Shown: positions 1 through 13,614, counted from the stretch's first letter. The stretch is 64,000 bases of DNA from Octopus sinensis (GCF_006345805.1 NC_043014.1:1550001-1614000), one strand, 5' to 3'. Numbers and translations: made by a program. Notes: generated by a model from the sequence alone, not told the origin.

Positions 1-547
1 GTAACTCGTGCTCCAGCACGGCCATATTTCAATGACAACTTCTTCGCCAAAAATGGAAAGAATATAATGTAATATTGGTGATGGCGCGTGGCCTAGTGGT
101 TAGAGTGTCGTACACACGATCAAGCGATCGTGAGTTCGTCCCCGGACAGAACAGCGTGTTGTGTTCTTGAACAAGACACTTCATTTCATGTAGTTTTGCG
201 GGTGGGAGATCGGCAGAATCGTTGGCGCGTCGACAGATGTGCCTTGCGGAATATCTTTCGGCCCTCTACATTCTGAGTTCAAATCCCACCTGCCTGGAGA
301 ATGCAAAGCGATGCCACTTCAGTATTTATCCCAAGCCTAGTCATGGATGGCCGTAGCTACATCAATCTACTTAACGCTGACAGGGGAGAGTAGTGTCCTC
401 TCACGTCGCATAGAGAGAGCTGGAGAAGGTTCATATGCACAGGACCTGACCAAGGGAGGACCACCGTTGGATATCATATTGAACAAACTGATATTTTAAA
501 GATGATCAAAATTTTAGGTTGTTATTCATTCTGTTAATGAAAATAAG

Positions 548-803
548 TGGAGGCGCGTGGCTTAGTGGTTAGGGTGTCAGCAAGATGATCGTAAGATTGA
601 AGATTGTAGTTTCGATTTCTGGACCGGGCGACGCGTTGTGTTCTTGAGCAAAACACTCCATTTCACGTTGCTCCAGTCCACTCAGCTGGCAAAAATGAGT
701 AATGCTGCGATGGACTGGCGTCCCATCCAGCTGGGGAACACATACGCCATAGAAACCGGGAAACCGGGCCCTTGAGCCTGGCTAGGCTTTAAAAGGGCAC
801 GTT
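548..803 (+). mobile_element. tRNA-derived SINE (family A)
   Basis: tRNA-like head GGAGGCGCGTGGCTTAGTGGTTAGGG, then TTGTGTTCTTGAGCAAAACACT...CACGTTGCTCCAGTCCACTCAGCTG core; homologous copies at about 80, 12950, 25126, 25857, 39072 and on the minus strand at 50310, 50975, 62390. Confidence 0.85.
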
Positions 804-1269
804 AATGAAACTAAGTTTTAAATTAGTTTTTATTGATTTGATAACATTTGAGCAATTTATCGATAAGTAATCAGTGTCACTGATCTTGACTCCAGAAACC
901 TTGCACTTTAATTCGAAGGGAGTAGAAGAATACTAAAAGATCCCATAGTTTAAAAAAAAAAATTTTAAGTGGGGCCAGAAAATCCTTGAGGAGAATTGAA
1001 CTCAAAACATTGAATTTGATCGAGGTAATACAATATCATAACCGTTCGACCATTGCACCTGTGAAGTTCTAAATTACTACGAGTAAACAAACGCCTTAAA
1101 AACATACTAAAAATAACCAGAGGCAGAGACAGAGAGGATGTATATCTTATATATCAGCCAAATGGATATTATCAGTCATAAAATGGCTATTAATAGCGAA
1201 CCAGATACACTGACTGATGTACATCAACGGGTGTTTGTACACGCGCGCCTGTGTGTGCGTGTGTTATAT

Positions 1270-1287
1270 GTATATATATATTATATG

Positions 1288-1320
<33 letters not shown>

Positions 1321-1335
1321 TATATATAATATAGG

Positions 1336-1372
<37 letters not shown>

Positions 1373-1400
1373 AATATATATTATATATATATTATATATA
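1270..1400. repeat. (TA)n microsatellite; one of dozens in the window
   Basis: Direct reading; similar arrays at about 1890, 2240, 3030, 4950, 9105, 10600, 16510, 24120, 31375, 36570 and elsewhere. Confidence 0.95.
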
Positions 1401-1882
1401 TCCTGTACGAAAAGAGTAGTATTTTTAGTGTGAGGTTAAAGAGCTGAGCTAGAGAAAGATATTTGATATTAAGAGAAGAAGATAAACTAAAATACGATAA
1501 ACAGATGAGCTGTGATGTAAGTGGGGTCTACTATGTTAAACGTTCGCTCCGTCCCTGATGTGTAGGTGTCCGCTTTATGTAAATAATATGATAATTAGCC
1601 TTAAGGTGTATCTCAACGAAATTGGTCTTACGTACCAACAGACGTCACGCATATACACCACAATCTATACATTTTACATATGTTTGTGTGTGTGTGTGTC
1701 TGGAAGAAGACAACAATGGATTTGTTGTTGATAAAAGTTTTATATGTAAAAATATATATTCTATCAATACTCTTTATAAGAAGTGTTCGCTTGTATAGTT
1801 GCTTATCTCTACGCAATTATAAATATGGGTGTCTTATATTTGTATGGCTGAGAATGTGAGTGTGTTTGCATGTTCTGTGTGC

Positions 1883-1973
<91 letters not shown>

Positions 1974-1982
1974 AAGAGAAAG

Positions 1983-2024
<42 letters not shown>

Positions 2025-2075
2025 TATATATATATGTACATATGTGTATGTGTGTAGTGTATGTATATTATATAT

Positions 2076-2263
2076 GGCACAGATGTAACTGCATGGTAAG
2101 AAGTTTGCTTCCCTGCCACATGGTTCCGGGTTCAGTCTCACTGCGGGGCACCTTGGGCAAGTGTCTTCTGCTGAAGCCTCCGGGTCGACCAAAGCCTTGT
2201 GAGTGGATTTGGTAGATGGAAACTGAAAGAAGTCCATCGTATATATATATATATTATATTATA

Positions 2264-2303
<40 letters not shown>

Positions 2304-2495
2304 GTGTGTGTGTGTGTTGTGTGTGTGGTGTGTCTGTGTTTTGCCCCCACCATCGCTTGAAACCGATGTTGGTCTGTTTATGTTCGGCAAAAGAGACCGA
2401 TAGAATAAGTCCTGGGGTCGATTTGTTCGAGTTAAAGGCGGTTTCTGCAGCATGACCGCAGTCAAAATGACTGAACCAATAAAAGAATAAAAGAA
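2076..2495 (+). mobile_element. SINE (family C) with internal (TA)n/(TG)n
   Basis: CCACATGGTTCCGGGTTCAGT...GGCACCTTGGGCAAGTGTCTTCT...GGATTTGGTAGATGGAAACTGAAAGAAG and a GACTGAACCAATAAAAGA tail; matches the 48680 and 56438 copies. Confidence 0.85.
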
Positions 2496-2511
2496 GATAT
2501 ATATATATATT

Positions 2512-2545
<34 letters not shown>

Positions 2546-2595
2546 ACATAATATATATATATATATCTGCCTAGATATGTATGCATGTATATATA

Positions 2596-2626
<31 letters not shown>

Positions 2627-2866
2627 ATGTATGTATGTATGTATGTATGTATGTATGTATGTGCATACCCCTTCATCGACAGCATTCCAGAAGCGATAAC
2701 GTTTTCATTTCTCACGTCAGATTTCTTCGCTTCACGTCTTGCAAAACAACTCGTTTCGAGGCTGATATATTCTATGCACATTCGACATATTTTTACGCAA
2801 TACCTGCGGCAGAGCAATGTTGAGCCAGAAAGTCCCAGCCACTGTTGTCTACTTATGTATTTCTCC

Positions 2867-2966
2867 NNNNNNNNNNNNNNNNNNNNNNNNNNNNNNNNNN
2901 NNNNNNNNNNNNNNNNNNNNNNNNNNNNNNNNNNNNNNNNNNNNNNNNNNNNNNNNNNNNNNNNNN
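2867..2966. other. Assembly gap (100 N)
   Basis: Run of exactly 100 N, typical of a scaffolding placeholder of unknown true size. Confidence 0.99.
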
Positions 2967-3046
2967 TATAATATCTATGGTGCAAAATATTACTGTGTTT
3001 AAAACGGCAACACCATAATGTTCACTATAATATATATATATATATA

Positions 3047-3165
<119 letters not shown>

Positions 3166-4332
3166 TATATATATATAATATATATGCAAATATATATATA
3201 TGCAAATTTAGGTTTTTTAAATATCTTGTATGAATAAAACACTCAATTAAACAATTAGACTCTCTCACCAGCTAGGGATAACATAGCTCTGTCCACACAC
3301 ACATACACACACAACACGCACATAAAGTATAAGGTTTTAGAATATAGTTTCAAATTATTAATTTACACGTGTTTCACTGACAATCACTGAAAGGTTACGT
3401 AAGGTTAACCTTACGCAACACTTTATCACTCTTCATCTCATCAGAAGCTGTTGTGAGAAATAATATGTATTACACGGTCATATAATGAAAAGTGATATGT
3501 CTCAGGCAAACCGAGGTTACTCTGTCAGTGTTTTTGATTTCACAAATTCTCACTCCTTTAATCAGACTCTTTTAGGTTATCATGCTATCAGGACATTGTC
3601 GATAGTTTGAAGATCAAAAGTTTCTACAATGTAGAGTAAACTCGATTGGTCAGTGTGAAGGCGGCGCGTCCTTTTGGTGATCATTCGACGTGCTAACGCG
3701 CATAGAGCTTGAAATAAATGAATTTTTACAAAAGGAATATATTTGCAGTAATTAGAGTACAAAATTTGGGAAGAAATAGAAATCATTTTGTTCGCTTCGT
3801 AGCTGAATCGCATTATGTTCCACGCATACGTTTGCAGCTCGCCACTGCATCCACCATCGTCGCTGCAACCACCAACACTAAACACTATCAACATCAGCAT
3901 TATCATAGTCATCAGCATTTTTTGCCCGTATTCTTTTTCTGTTTTTTTTTTTTGCAGTTTGTTCTCACGTGCAGCCACCACACTTTTGCTCTTCCATTTT
4001 TTTTTTTTTTTGCCCTCCGCCTTACAACTACCTCCAAGACCACCGCCGCCGCCACCAGTACCACTACTATCGACATTGCTATCACAACTGACACAACCAC
4101 CTCTACCCGCACCACTCCTGTGGGCTTGTTCCTTTCTTTCTGTCTTTGTTTTAAAACTTTAATACAAAAACACATTTTTTTTTCTGCTGTTCATGCATCA
4201 AGCTTTTTTTTCTGTGAGACCGTAGGACATTTTAAACTTTCAGAGATTGTTGTTTTCCAATAAATATTTTGCTGTTAACGCTCTTTACTAACCTATTATC
4301 GGTAAATATTATTATTATTATTATTATTATTA

Positions 4333-4368
<36 letters not shown>

Positions 4369-4949
4369 GTATTAGTATTAGTATTATTATTTGTATCTGT
4401 ATTGATATTATTTGTATGAACATAAAAATGTAAAAGAGGGCGTCTAAACACACCACCCTATCAAACCCCCTCCTCCTACTCCCCTGAATCCAATTCTCTG
4501 TCTTTACAGAAACATACACAAATACACGCGCACTCACACACATACGCATACACACACACAAATACATGCATGCATACACCAACCCACACAAAATGTCGCT
4601 CATTACGAAGATGTAGAATTATCTACACCAAAACATATACATTCACAAAACGAAACAATTGTTGGTGTCTTAAGAACCCTTACTTATAATTCTACCCGAA
4701 ACACTTCCCCCTTTACCATAACTAACCTTTGTTTGTCCCCTGTTATTCCCCCCATGACCTCCACCTCCGCATCTCCGCCTCTTTTATAGAATTATGTTTC
4801 ATATCCACATTTGAAATCTCTTCGCGGAGATGAATTCTGAAATTAAAAATTAAGCTTAGCTTCTAAATGTATGCATATTTAATATTTCTATATATATTTA
4901 TATACAATCTTGTAAGATGTTAATACATGTTAATGCTTCCTACATGGCG

Positions 4950-5077
<128 letters not shown>

Positions 5078-5241
5078 ATATATTAACGTACGTTCATGTA
5101 TCTATATTTAATTAGACATAAGCTGATTGTTTTTATTCTAAGTAATTTTGTTTTTAATTATTAAAACTTCCATCCGTTTCATCGATGGCAATTGACGTTC
5201 GATTTATAACTATACGAAAGGTTCACACCAGATATAAGAAT

Positions 5242-5285
<44 letters not shown>

Positions 5286-5403
5286 CCACAGCAACTACAC
5301 ATAATGTTGTTGCGGATATTAAACAATATAAAATGTAAATATGCAAAGCAAATTAAAACATGTCTAAACCTAATTGTATGTACACATGTGTATACTTATA
5401 CGC

Positions 5404-5476
<73 letters not shown>

Positions 5477-5831
5477 TATATATATGTATATGCATATACA
5501 TGTGTGTGTGTGTGTGCATGCGTGCATGATCACAGTCCACTGGTAACTAATGAACCCAGTTCTTGATAGCAAACAGATACTGTAGGCTTGCAATATGCAT
5601 ACACACATACATACATACACACATACATACATATACACATACTACATACACACATACATACATATACACATACGTACATACACACATACGTACATACACA
5701 CATACATACATATACACATACATACATATACACATACGTACGTACGTATTCAATATGACTGATTCCACCAATATCTCATTTTGATCAAATCAATTCCTAT
5801 TAAACTTCAACTGGAGGTGAGTTTTGTACAC

Positions 5832-5887
<56 letters not shown>

Positions 5888-6187
5888 CAAATATATGTGA
5901 ATCGAACCTGATCTATATCGATGAAATGGATGTTATATAAATGATCATAATATCATAAATAAATACATTAAAAAATTATAAAGGAAAGCTAATTAACTCT
6001 TACATTAATTATATGTAATGTAATAACGTGTGTAAACATCGTCGAGATGTGAATGTATATTTATATATATTTAATATTTACATAATTTCTAAATTAAAAT
6101 AATGTTTAAATAATATAATTTTTATTCATATATTATAACGAAATGTCTGAATTAAACTGAATTTGTACATTAGCTCATAAATCTTTG

Positions 6188-6232
<45 letters not shown>

Positions 6233-6233
6233 G

Positions 6234-6415
6234 AGGCGGCGAGCTGGCAGAATCGTTAGAGCGTCAACCAAAATACCTCACGGCATATTTGTTATAACCC
6301 CTTTTACGAACACAGTTCTGATCCAATCGATTTTTGCCTCTGGACCCTTTCGGGGTCGATAAATAAGTCAAGTACTGGTGTCGATGTAATTGCCCAACTC
6401 CTTCCTGGCACCTGT
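6234..6415 (+). mobile_element. SINE (family B)
   Basis: GGCGGCGAGCTGGCAGAATCGTTAG head and CCTTTCGGGGTCGATAAATAAGT...GTCGATGTAAT core, flanked by (ATT)n. Confidence 0.8.
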
Positions 6416-6425
6416 AAAATGAAAA

Positions 6426-6484
<59 letters not shown>

Positions 6485-6609
6485 AGGCGGCGACCTTTAA
6501 TAAAAATTTCAGGCCTTGAGCCAATATAAGGAAGGGTTATCATTTGATCCCCTTATCGATGCCTCTGTGCCTAATAAAAGAAATTATTCTTCTTATTATC
6601 ATTATTATT

Positions 6610-6820
6610 AAGCTGGTAGAATTGGTAGCAAGCCAGGTAAAATGCTTAGCGGCATTTCGTCCGTTTTGAGTTCAAATTCCACAGAGGCTGGCTTTGCCCT
6701 TCATCCTTTCGAGGTCGATAAATCAATTACCAGTGAAACACTGGGGTCGATGTAATCGACTTACCCGCTCCCCCACAATCAAATTTCAGGCTTTGTGCCT
6801 TTAGCAGATAGGATTATGAT
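6610..6820 (+). mobile_element. SINE (family B)
   Basis: AAATGCTTAGCGGCATTTCGTCC...GAGTTCAAATTCC...CCTTTCGAGGTCGATAAA...GGGGTCGATGTAATCGAC. Confidence 0.8.
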
Positions 6821-6825
6821 TATTA

Positions 6826-6867
<42 letters not shown>

Positions 6868-7202
6868 CATTATTATTATTATTATCATTATTATTATTAT
6901 TAACTTAAAAAAGAGCTCGCTAGTCATGTGTAGTTATTGTCTATGATGATGTTGATGTTGATGATGATGATGGAAATTGTTTAAAGTGTTCATATTGTTT
7001 TCAAACGCAGGCTTTATTGGTTGGCGATGATAAGCTCGCAGAACCGGGTCACCCACGCAGAACCAGGAGGCACTACTATCCAGACAGGCCGGTTCATAGA
7101 GATCTTCAGGTAAAAACGGCAACAACTACAACAACAACAACAACAACAACAACAAATGATTTTTTAGAAAATACAAGGGGAAAATGGGCAAATGTTTATT
7201 TA

Positions 7203-7249
<47 letters not shown>

Positions 7250-7985
7250 ATATATATATATATATATATAAGAATGATGATGATGATGTTGATGATGATG
7301 ATGATGACGATGATGACGATGACAACAATGGTGTTTAATTAAAATCCTAATTGTTATTACAGAAATCGGTAGAGCGACGGAGGAGAATCCCAGGGTGATG
7401 TTTCAGTTTGTATGTTGAATTCCCTTTATGTGTTCTGGGGTTCAATTCCCGCCAAGGTCAGCTTTGCCTTTCATCCTTCCAAGGTCGATAAAATAAAGTA
7501 CCAGTCATGCACTGGAGATCGATATAATCGATTACACTCCGCAACTCTTGCTCCACCAAAAAAGAAAATAACAAGAAAAAAGTGTTGGCATTGTGGCTCT
7601 GTAAGATGACGACGATGATGATGATTATGATGATAATGATGACGACGACGACGATGACGACGACGACGATGATGATGATGATGATGTTGTTTACAAATGA
7701 CTTTTTAATTTTTATTTTATTTTAATAATATATTTCATTGCTTTTTTTTTTCAATTCTCTGTGATTTCAAGTGGATTGTTATTCGATAAAATACCAGTGA
7801 AATACTGAGGTCGATGTAATTGTTATGATGGGCGAGTAATCTTGGCGAACCGGTTTCAAATTCTTATGATGTTTATTTCACTTCTCGTCAATGTCTTATT
7901 TTCAACAACCTCAGCGACAATGAAGGATGTTTTAGAATTAAAGTTATTTTAATATTAATCGTAACGTCTGTAAGCATCTCACTTT

Positions 7986-8170
7986 AAGGCGGCGAGCTGG
8001 CAGAACCGTTAGCATTTCTTCTGTCTTTCAGCTCTGAGTTCAAATTCCGCCGAGGTCGACTTTGACTTTCATCTTTCATGGCTGTTAAAATAAGTACTGG
8101 TTGCGTACTGAAGTCAATGTAATCGACTTACCCACCTCCCCCACCGAACTTTCTAGCCATTTTCCCAAAT
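7986..8170 (+). mobile_element. SINE (family B)
   Basis: GGCGGCGAGCTGGCAGAACCGTTAGC...GAGTTCAAATTCCGCCGAGGTCGACTTTG. Confidence 0.8.
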
Positions 8171-9098
8171 TTGGACCTGTTATTACTCGTGAAGGTGCAT
8201 GACCAGGTTGTTAAGATGTTGCGGGTAAGGTGGTGGTTTCGATTCCCTAACCAAGCTGCTGTGTGCTCGAGTAAAAAAAATTCTTCTTATGTTGTTCCAG
8301 TCCACTTAGCTGTGAATGAGTAACCCTGCAATATAGTGGCATTCCGTTCCTCGGTGAGGATGTCACTTACACGCCATCGAAGCACGGTGAGCGATCCTAT
8401 GAGTTCTAAAACTTAAGGCAGCGTTTACTAAACAATAATAATCTTTTACATATTAAAGATTTAAAAAACCAAAAATTAGATTAGTTGATTTGTTAAGCTG
8501 CCTGCTTAGAATTCCTTTATGGCATAATTCCTTATGGTTTATTCATCGTGGCACAACATATCTTAATTCCCCTCCGGGGCCGCCTTTATACAATCACCAA
8601 CTGTCTACCAGCTCGAAATAAATATATGCTTCACGCCAGAGCATAAATGTGCAGGTGAGAGATTTAACCCGTTTAATCAATCAATGGTAATAATTAAATG
8701 TTTTGTTAATGAAACGTATAGCTGGCTTTTTTACTTCTGTTGTCAATCAGCATTATAAGCCATTTGTAATCGCACTGAAATAATCTCTCATACTAAATCC
8801 CTTCTTTTGTTACCAAATTCCATTAAACTCTTAACTCGCAACCTCTTTATATCGTCCCACAAATTGTGTTAATTTATCCACTTTTCACTTGAAATCTCGT
8901 TGCAGTCATTTGTAAACAACATGTTGCTATTAGCAACGTCTGTTTTCTTGTGAATTTTTTTCCTTTTATTATTGCTGTTAATATTGTTGTTGCTATTGTT
9001 GCTAATGCTTCTAATGTTGCTATTGCTGCTATACTGTGTTTCAGTGAGAGGGAGATTAAACAACAACGTCTACAAACGAGAACATGCTTCAGCCACGT

Positions 9099-9181
<83 letters not shown>

Positions 9182-9257
9182 TATTTATATATATAATATA
9201 TATCTATATATGTATATATATATATATTATATATATATAATATATATATCTATATAT

Positions 9258-9296
<39 letters not shown>

Positions 9297-9331
9297 ATAT
9301 ATATAATATATATCTATATATATGTATGTAT

Positions 9332-9370
<39 letters not shown>

Positions 9371-10203
9371 CGCTTTCTATTGCTTATTATTGCTTTGTCA
9401 TTGTAACCATTGTAACTTGTGCACATATATGTATTTTAAATGTTTTTCAGTGTATTCATATACAACATATGTAAATATGTACAGAAATGGGTGCATTAAT
9501 GAAAGAAAGTTGCACTCAACATATGTTGTTGAATTCAAATATTTGTATAAATAGTTTGACATAGATTTGCATTGCTAAAAGCATTATGGACAAAATAATT
9601 GTATCGTTCGAACGCTTTAATACTGGATGATGAGGCGGTCGTAGTTTCTAAATAAGAATGGTTAACATTGGACGATTAGATGATTAGTCGGCGATTGCAG
9701 TAGGTGGCTGCTTAATGAGAGACATCTCTGGTGAAAGAGATCGGAATAATCTTCCTTGATTTCGTTAGAAATTCCAGTGAAATTATAGCCTCAGTAAGAT
9801 TTATGGAGCAGGATTAACAATGAATGGTATAAAATTTCTCGCAGAGAGTTCCGTTAGTGGCAAATATATGACAGTTTGGATTCTTATAAAGCGACACAGC
9901 AGGCTGATACAGTATGAAAAGTTTCTCACAGAGACAGAGACCTCTATTGCCGGGTGAACACATTGCTTTGGAGTCATTGTTTGTATGCCAACAGATGGAG
10001 TAAGGGTCACATTATAGGCCAATGCTTTAGAAAAGCAGAGACCTCTTTGGACACAAATTGATTTTGGCAATAGTAAGTGTATACCTGAAGTAAGGCCTGC
10101 GTAAGCATATGCCATTCTTATTATAGGATGCGATGTTGACGTGATATTGTTTAGGTAAGAATCACTAGTCATAACATTATACTCATTGTAAACTTGTGAT
10201 TAT

Positions 10204-10245
<42 letters not shown>

Positions 10246-10331
10246 TGCTACTTAATGCCTAATTAAAAATAAAAGGTTTCATAAATTTTATTTTCTGAAG
10301 CTTTTAATTTTAACAAAATTTATAACGAAAG

Positions 10332-10430
10332 CAAGACCACTCCGATCTGATCTGCCAGAGTTTCCACCCATTCAACAGCTGCCTGTCGGTCGCTATAACA
10401 CTTGGAAAGGGCCGAATTACCGATTATGCG
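10332..10430 (+). CDS. Candidate internal exon of unknown gene 1 (acceptor 10332 or 10359; frame ambiguous)
   Basis: Non-repetitive CpG-retaining island ending in GCG|GTATGT. Open as (A)RPLRSDLPEFPPIQQLPVGRYNTWKGPNYRLC (phase 1-1) and as QDHSDLICQSFHPFNSCLSVAITLGKGRITDYA (phase 0-0). Confidence 0.45.
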
Positions 10431-10598
10431 GTATGTTCCTTATTGGCCAGTGAGAACGAGCCTCACTTGTCATCTAATGAGAGTTGGTCTTCTTTAGAAG
10501 TCATGACTACCTATTCACTCAGTGGTAAAGCGTCCGAACGATCACACAAATGATGCGCCTGTAAAGCTTTTAGTAATGCAAATCTGAGTCTGACCGTT

Positions 10599-10678
<80 letters not shown>

Positions 10679-10724
10679 ACATGTACATACATATACATAC
10701 ATATATGTATGCATATGTATACAT

Positions 10725-10755
<31 letters not shown>

Positions 10756-11893
10756 CACATATGTGTGTTTGTGCATTTTTACATAATGAAATGATATTGT
10801 AATGTACTCGGAGTTGCTGGCTGCTCTTGTTTCAGAACATGAACAGTTCTAATAATTCCTTCATTTGCTCCACACCCGGGATTTCTACCCTTACCCACAC
10901 ATTCCCGACTCATTCTTTCATTTTACTTTATTTTATTTATGTATTTATTTACGGTTTACACCCTTGAAAGTATTTAATGTGCGTAAGTAGAAGCCAGGCC
11001 TTCCCTTCACCTGAACCCTTACACCAACCTTAAAGAGCCGATTATTGTGCAAACGGCGACCGCTTTTTGTAAGTCACTTCTGATACTGTGACGCAAATAA
11101 ATATTCCTTATAGTATTTTTAATGAAAGCGCCGTGGCCAATGTTTAAAAACCTTCTTGTATTTCCTTGGAGGATATTATTAACAGTACAACAAAGACGGC
11201 GAGATGGCTTAATCGGTAGAGTTTTGATAAAATGCGTCGAGCTTTTTTCGACTCTTTACGTTATTTTAAATAACACTGAAATCATATTTCAAATAAATTT
11301 TATCAAAACTGAATTTTGAATCAAGTTTTACAAAGACTTGTTGTTTCATTCAACTTGATTTTGGTTGTGGAAATAACTGTCTTTAAATTTATTATTTTAA
11401 ATTTAATCGTATAAAAATTGAAATCGTATAAAAATTGAAACCGTATAAAAATTTAGTAAAAATAACATTGAAAATAATATACCATTTAGTCGAATTTTGG
11501 TTTGCTGTAGCAGAAAAAGGGTATCGAAATGAGGACGTTTAAAATGGGATTTTTCTCGAAAGGAGAAAATAAAATTGTTGGTACTTCTGTGGGGCCTTTT
11601 TTTATCAAACATGCAACCAGCAACTTTGATGGGTACAAGGCAATAGATCTGAAAAACTACATGAATTATGAACTTATATAAACAATCAGAAGTATCCCAC
11701 TGAGTATTGAACCCGCGAATACAGTATATTATAAATGAGGCACGGATTTTAGCTTCCGTGATTGAAGGGGTTCATTGCTCGTTTTACATCTAATTGTTTA
11801 TGTTCGTTCATATAATACCTACATATATATATATACACGTGTATTCCAATGTATTTTTCGTGACTGCCTACTCTCGGTCCATCAATGTTTCAG

Positions 11894-11956
11894 GAAAGTC
11901 TTGCTTCGATGGGGATCCCAGACACCAGCGGCTTGAGAGCATCAAGACCCCCCGGC
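11894..11956 (+). CDS. Candidate internal exon of unknown gene 1 (63 nt)
   Basis: ATGTTTCAG| acceptor and |GTGAGT donor; GC-rich; length a multiple of 3; open as ESLASMGIPDTSGLRASRPPG (phase 0) or GKSCFDGDPRHQRLESIKTPR (phase 1). Confidence 0.6.
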
Positions 11957-12088
11957 GTGAGTACATTTACATCCTCATCTAATAAAACGACGTCGTATTA
12001 TCTTTGTCTGTTTGTTGTTGTTGTTGTTATTAATTTCATCATTGTTACTGGTGTTGTTATTGTTGCTGTATATCATGTTTGTTTTTTA

Positions 12089-12124
<36 letters not shown>

Positions 12125-12949
12125 GTGTGTGTGTGTGACTTTAATAATTATTCTGCCAGAAGTGTATAAATAAAAGTAATTTGTTAATATTCGTGGTTTC
12201 TATTTCGGTGCTTTATTATTCCGGTCTTTTTAGGGTATTTAGGTGGCTGAATGGTTAAGACGCTCGCTTTACAATCACACATCTTCGGGTTCAAATGTGC
12301 GTCTGTTATATATTGTTATATATAAAATAAGATTATTATAGACTTCATTAATTTACTGAAGCTACGATTGAACCCTTATCCGTCGAACTTAAAAAACATT
12401 ATTATTATTTTCATCTCGGTTCTCGTTTCAAATCACACCGAGCTTTTAGACACCGTCTTTCATCGTCCCGGGGCTTAATTTAAAAAATTCATTGGAAACT
12501 CTCCTCTTCACATGAAAACTACACACACACACACGACATATGACATAGACAAGTACAGGTATATCAAATAACATAAAATTTTGATTTATTAGAATTACCT
12601 TCACCTCTAGAGGAAGTGTCGTAATTGCCAAATGAAAATAAAGACCAGCTTCAGATGAGAAAGGGGGAGATAAACTGAAGTATCCAGAATGCTCCACAGT
12701 TGACATGCCATTAAGGAAGATAAGAGGATAGTCGTGGGCAGGTGTTTCTGACTCAATATTCTTCGTCTGCAAGACAATTGTCCGATCTCATAGATTCCCT
12801 CTTAGCAATATTGACTTTGAATGTGAGTAAAACCTGTTGTCCTGCAGATACGGCAGAGCCACTTCAGAACGAGTTGAAGCTGTACCACAATTGAGTGAAG
12901 CAACTTTACTTTTAATCGGTCAGCCCAGAGGTTCTTCGAGCATGTCTTC

Positions 12950-13260
12950 GGTGACGGTGCGTGGTCTGTTGGTTAGGGTGTTGCACTTACAATGTCGTGA
13001 TCGTGATTTCGATTCATGAACCAGGCAACTGGTGTGTTCTTCATCAAAACACTTAATTACACCTTGATTCAATTCACTCTTATCAGTAACTGAGTAATTC
13101 TGGGACGGACTGGTATCCCTTTCAGGGGCAATGTTGTGATACCGGTCACGCACGTACCATGGAAACCGTGTAACCTTCTCCATGAATCTTAGGGCTCGAA
13201 ACAATAAACCCCCTGATTATGCTGCAGATAATGTACCCTTTGTTATAACCTGGGGTATTG
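12950..13260 (+). mobile_element. tRNA-derived SINE (family A, diverged)
   Basis: GGTGCGTGGTCTGTTGGTTAGGGTG...CGTGATCGTGATTTCGATTC...GTGTTCTTCATCAAAACACTT. Confidence 0.65.
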
Positions 13261-13422
13261 GCGTACCCTTTGCTACGACTATATTGTAAAATGATTAGTT
13301 ACTATAACAGACAGCTAAGGGTACCAGTTTAATGCTAACCATAGAACAGAAACTATATAATAGAAATATTAAAATTACTAAGTCTCTCTAAAAGAGATTA
13401 CGGCAGCGTTACTGGAAATTAA

Positions 13423-13578
13423 TTGTTATCGCCATATTAATATGGCAGTCTTATAGATATAAGACTAAAGCTGTTTGTGTGTCAAATAGCTAGCTTAAGG
13501 CGATGGCCTCATGGAGCTAATCAGCGACAGCTTTAGTCTTATATCTATAAGACTGCCATATTAATATGGCAATAACAA
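13423..13578. repeat. Inverted repeat, 52-bp arms (1 mismatch), 52-bp spacer; fold-back/MITE-like
   Basis: 13423-13474 is the reverse complement of 13527-13578; each arm contains the perfect palindrome GCCATATTAATATGGC. Confidence 0.9.
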
Positions 13579-13614
13579 GAAACTATATAATTTGTTATTA
13601 ATTATATTTGTAAG

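Noticed and set aside
10991-11068. Exon candidate ARPSLHLNPYTNLKEPIIVQTATAF
   Set aside because: Weak acceptor; splicing to 11894 creates TGA in frame A and does not fit frame B.
11408-11453. 17-bp unit repeated three times (CGTATAAAAATTGAAAT)
   Set aside because: Simple local tandem duplication with no evidence of function.
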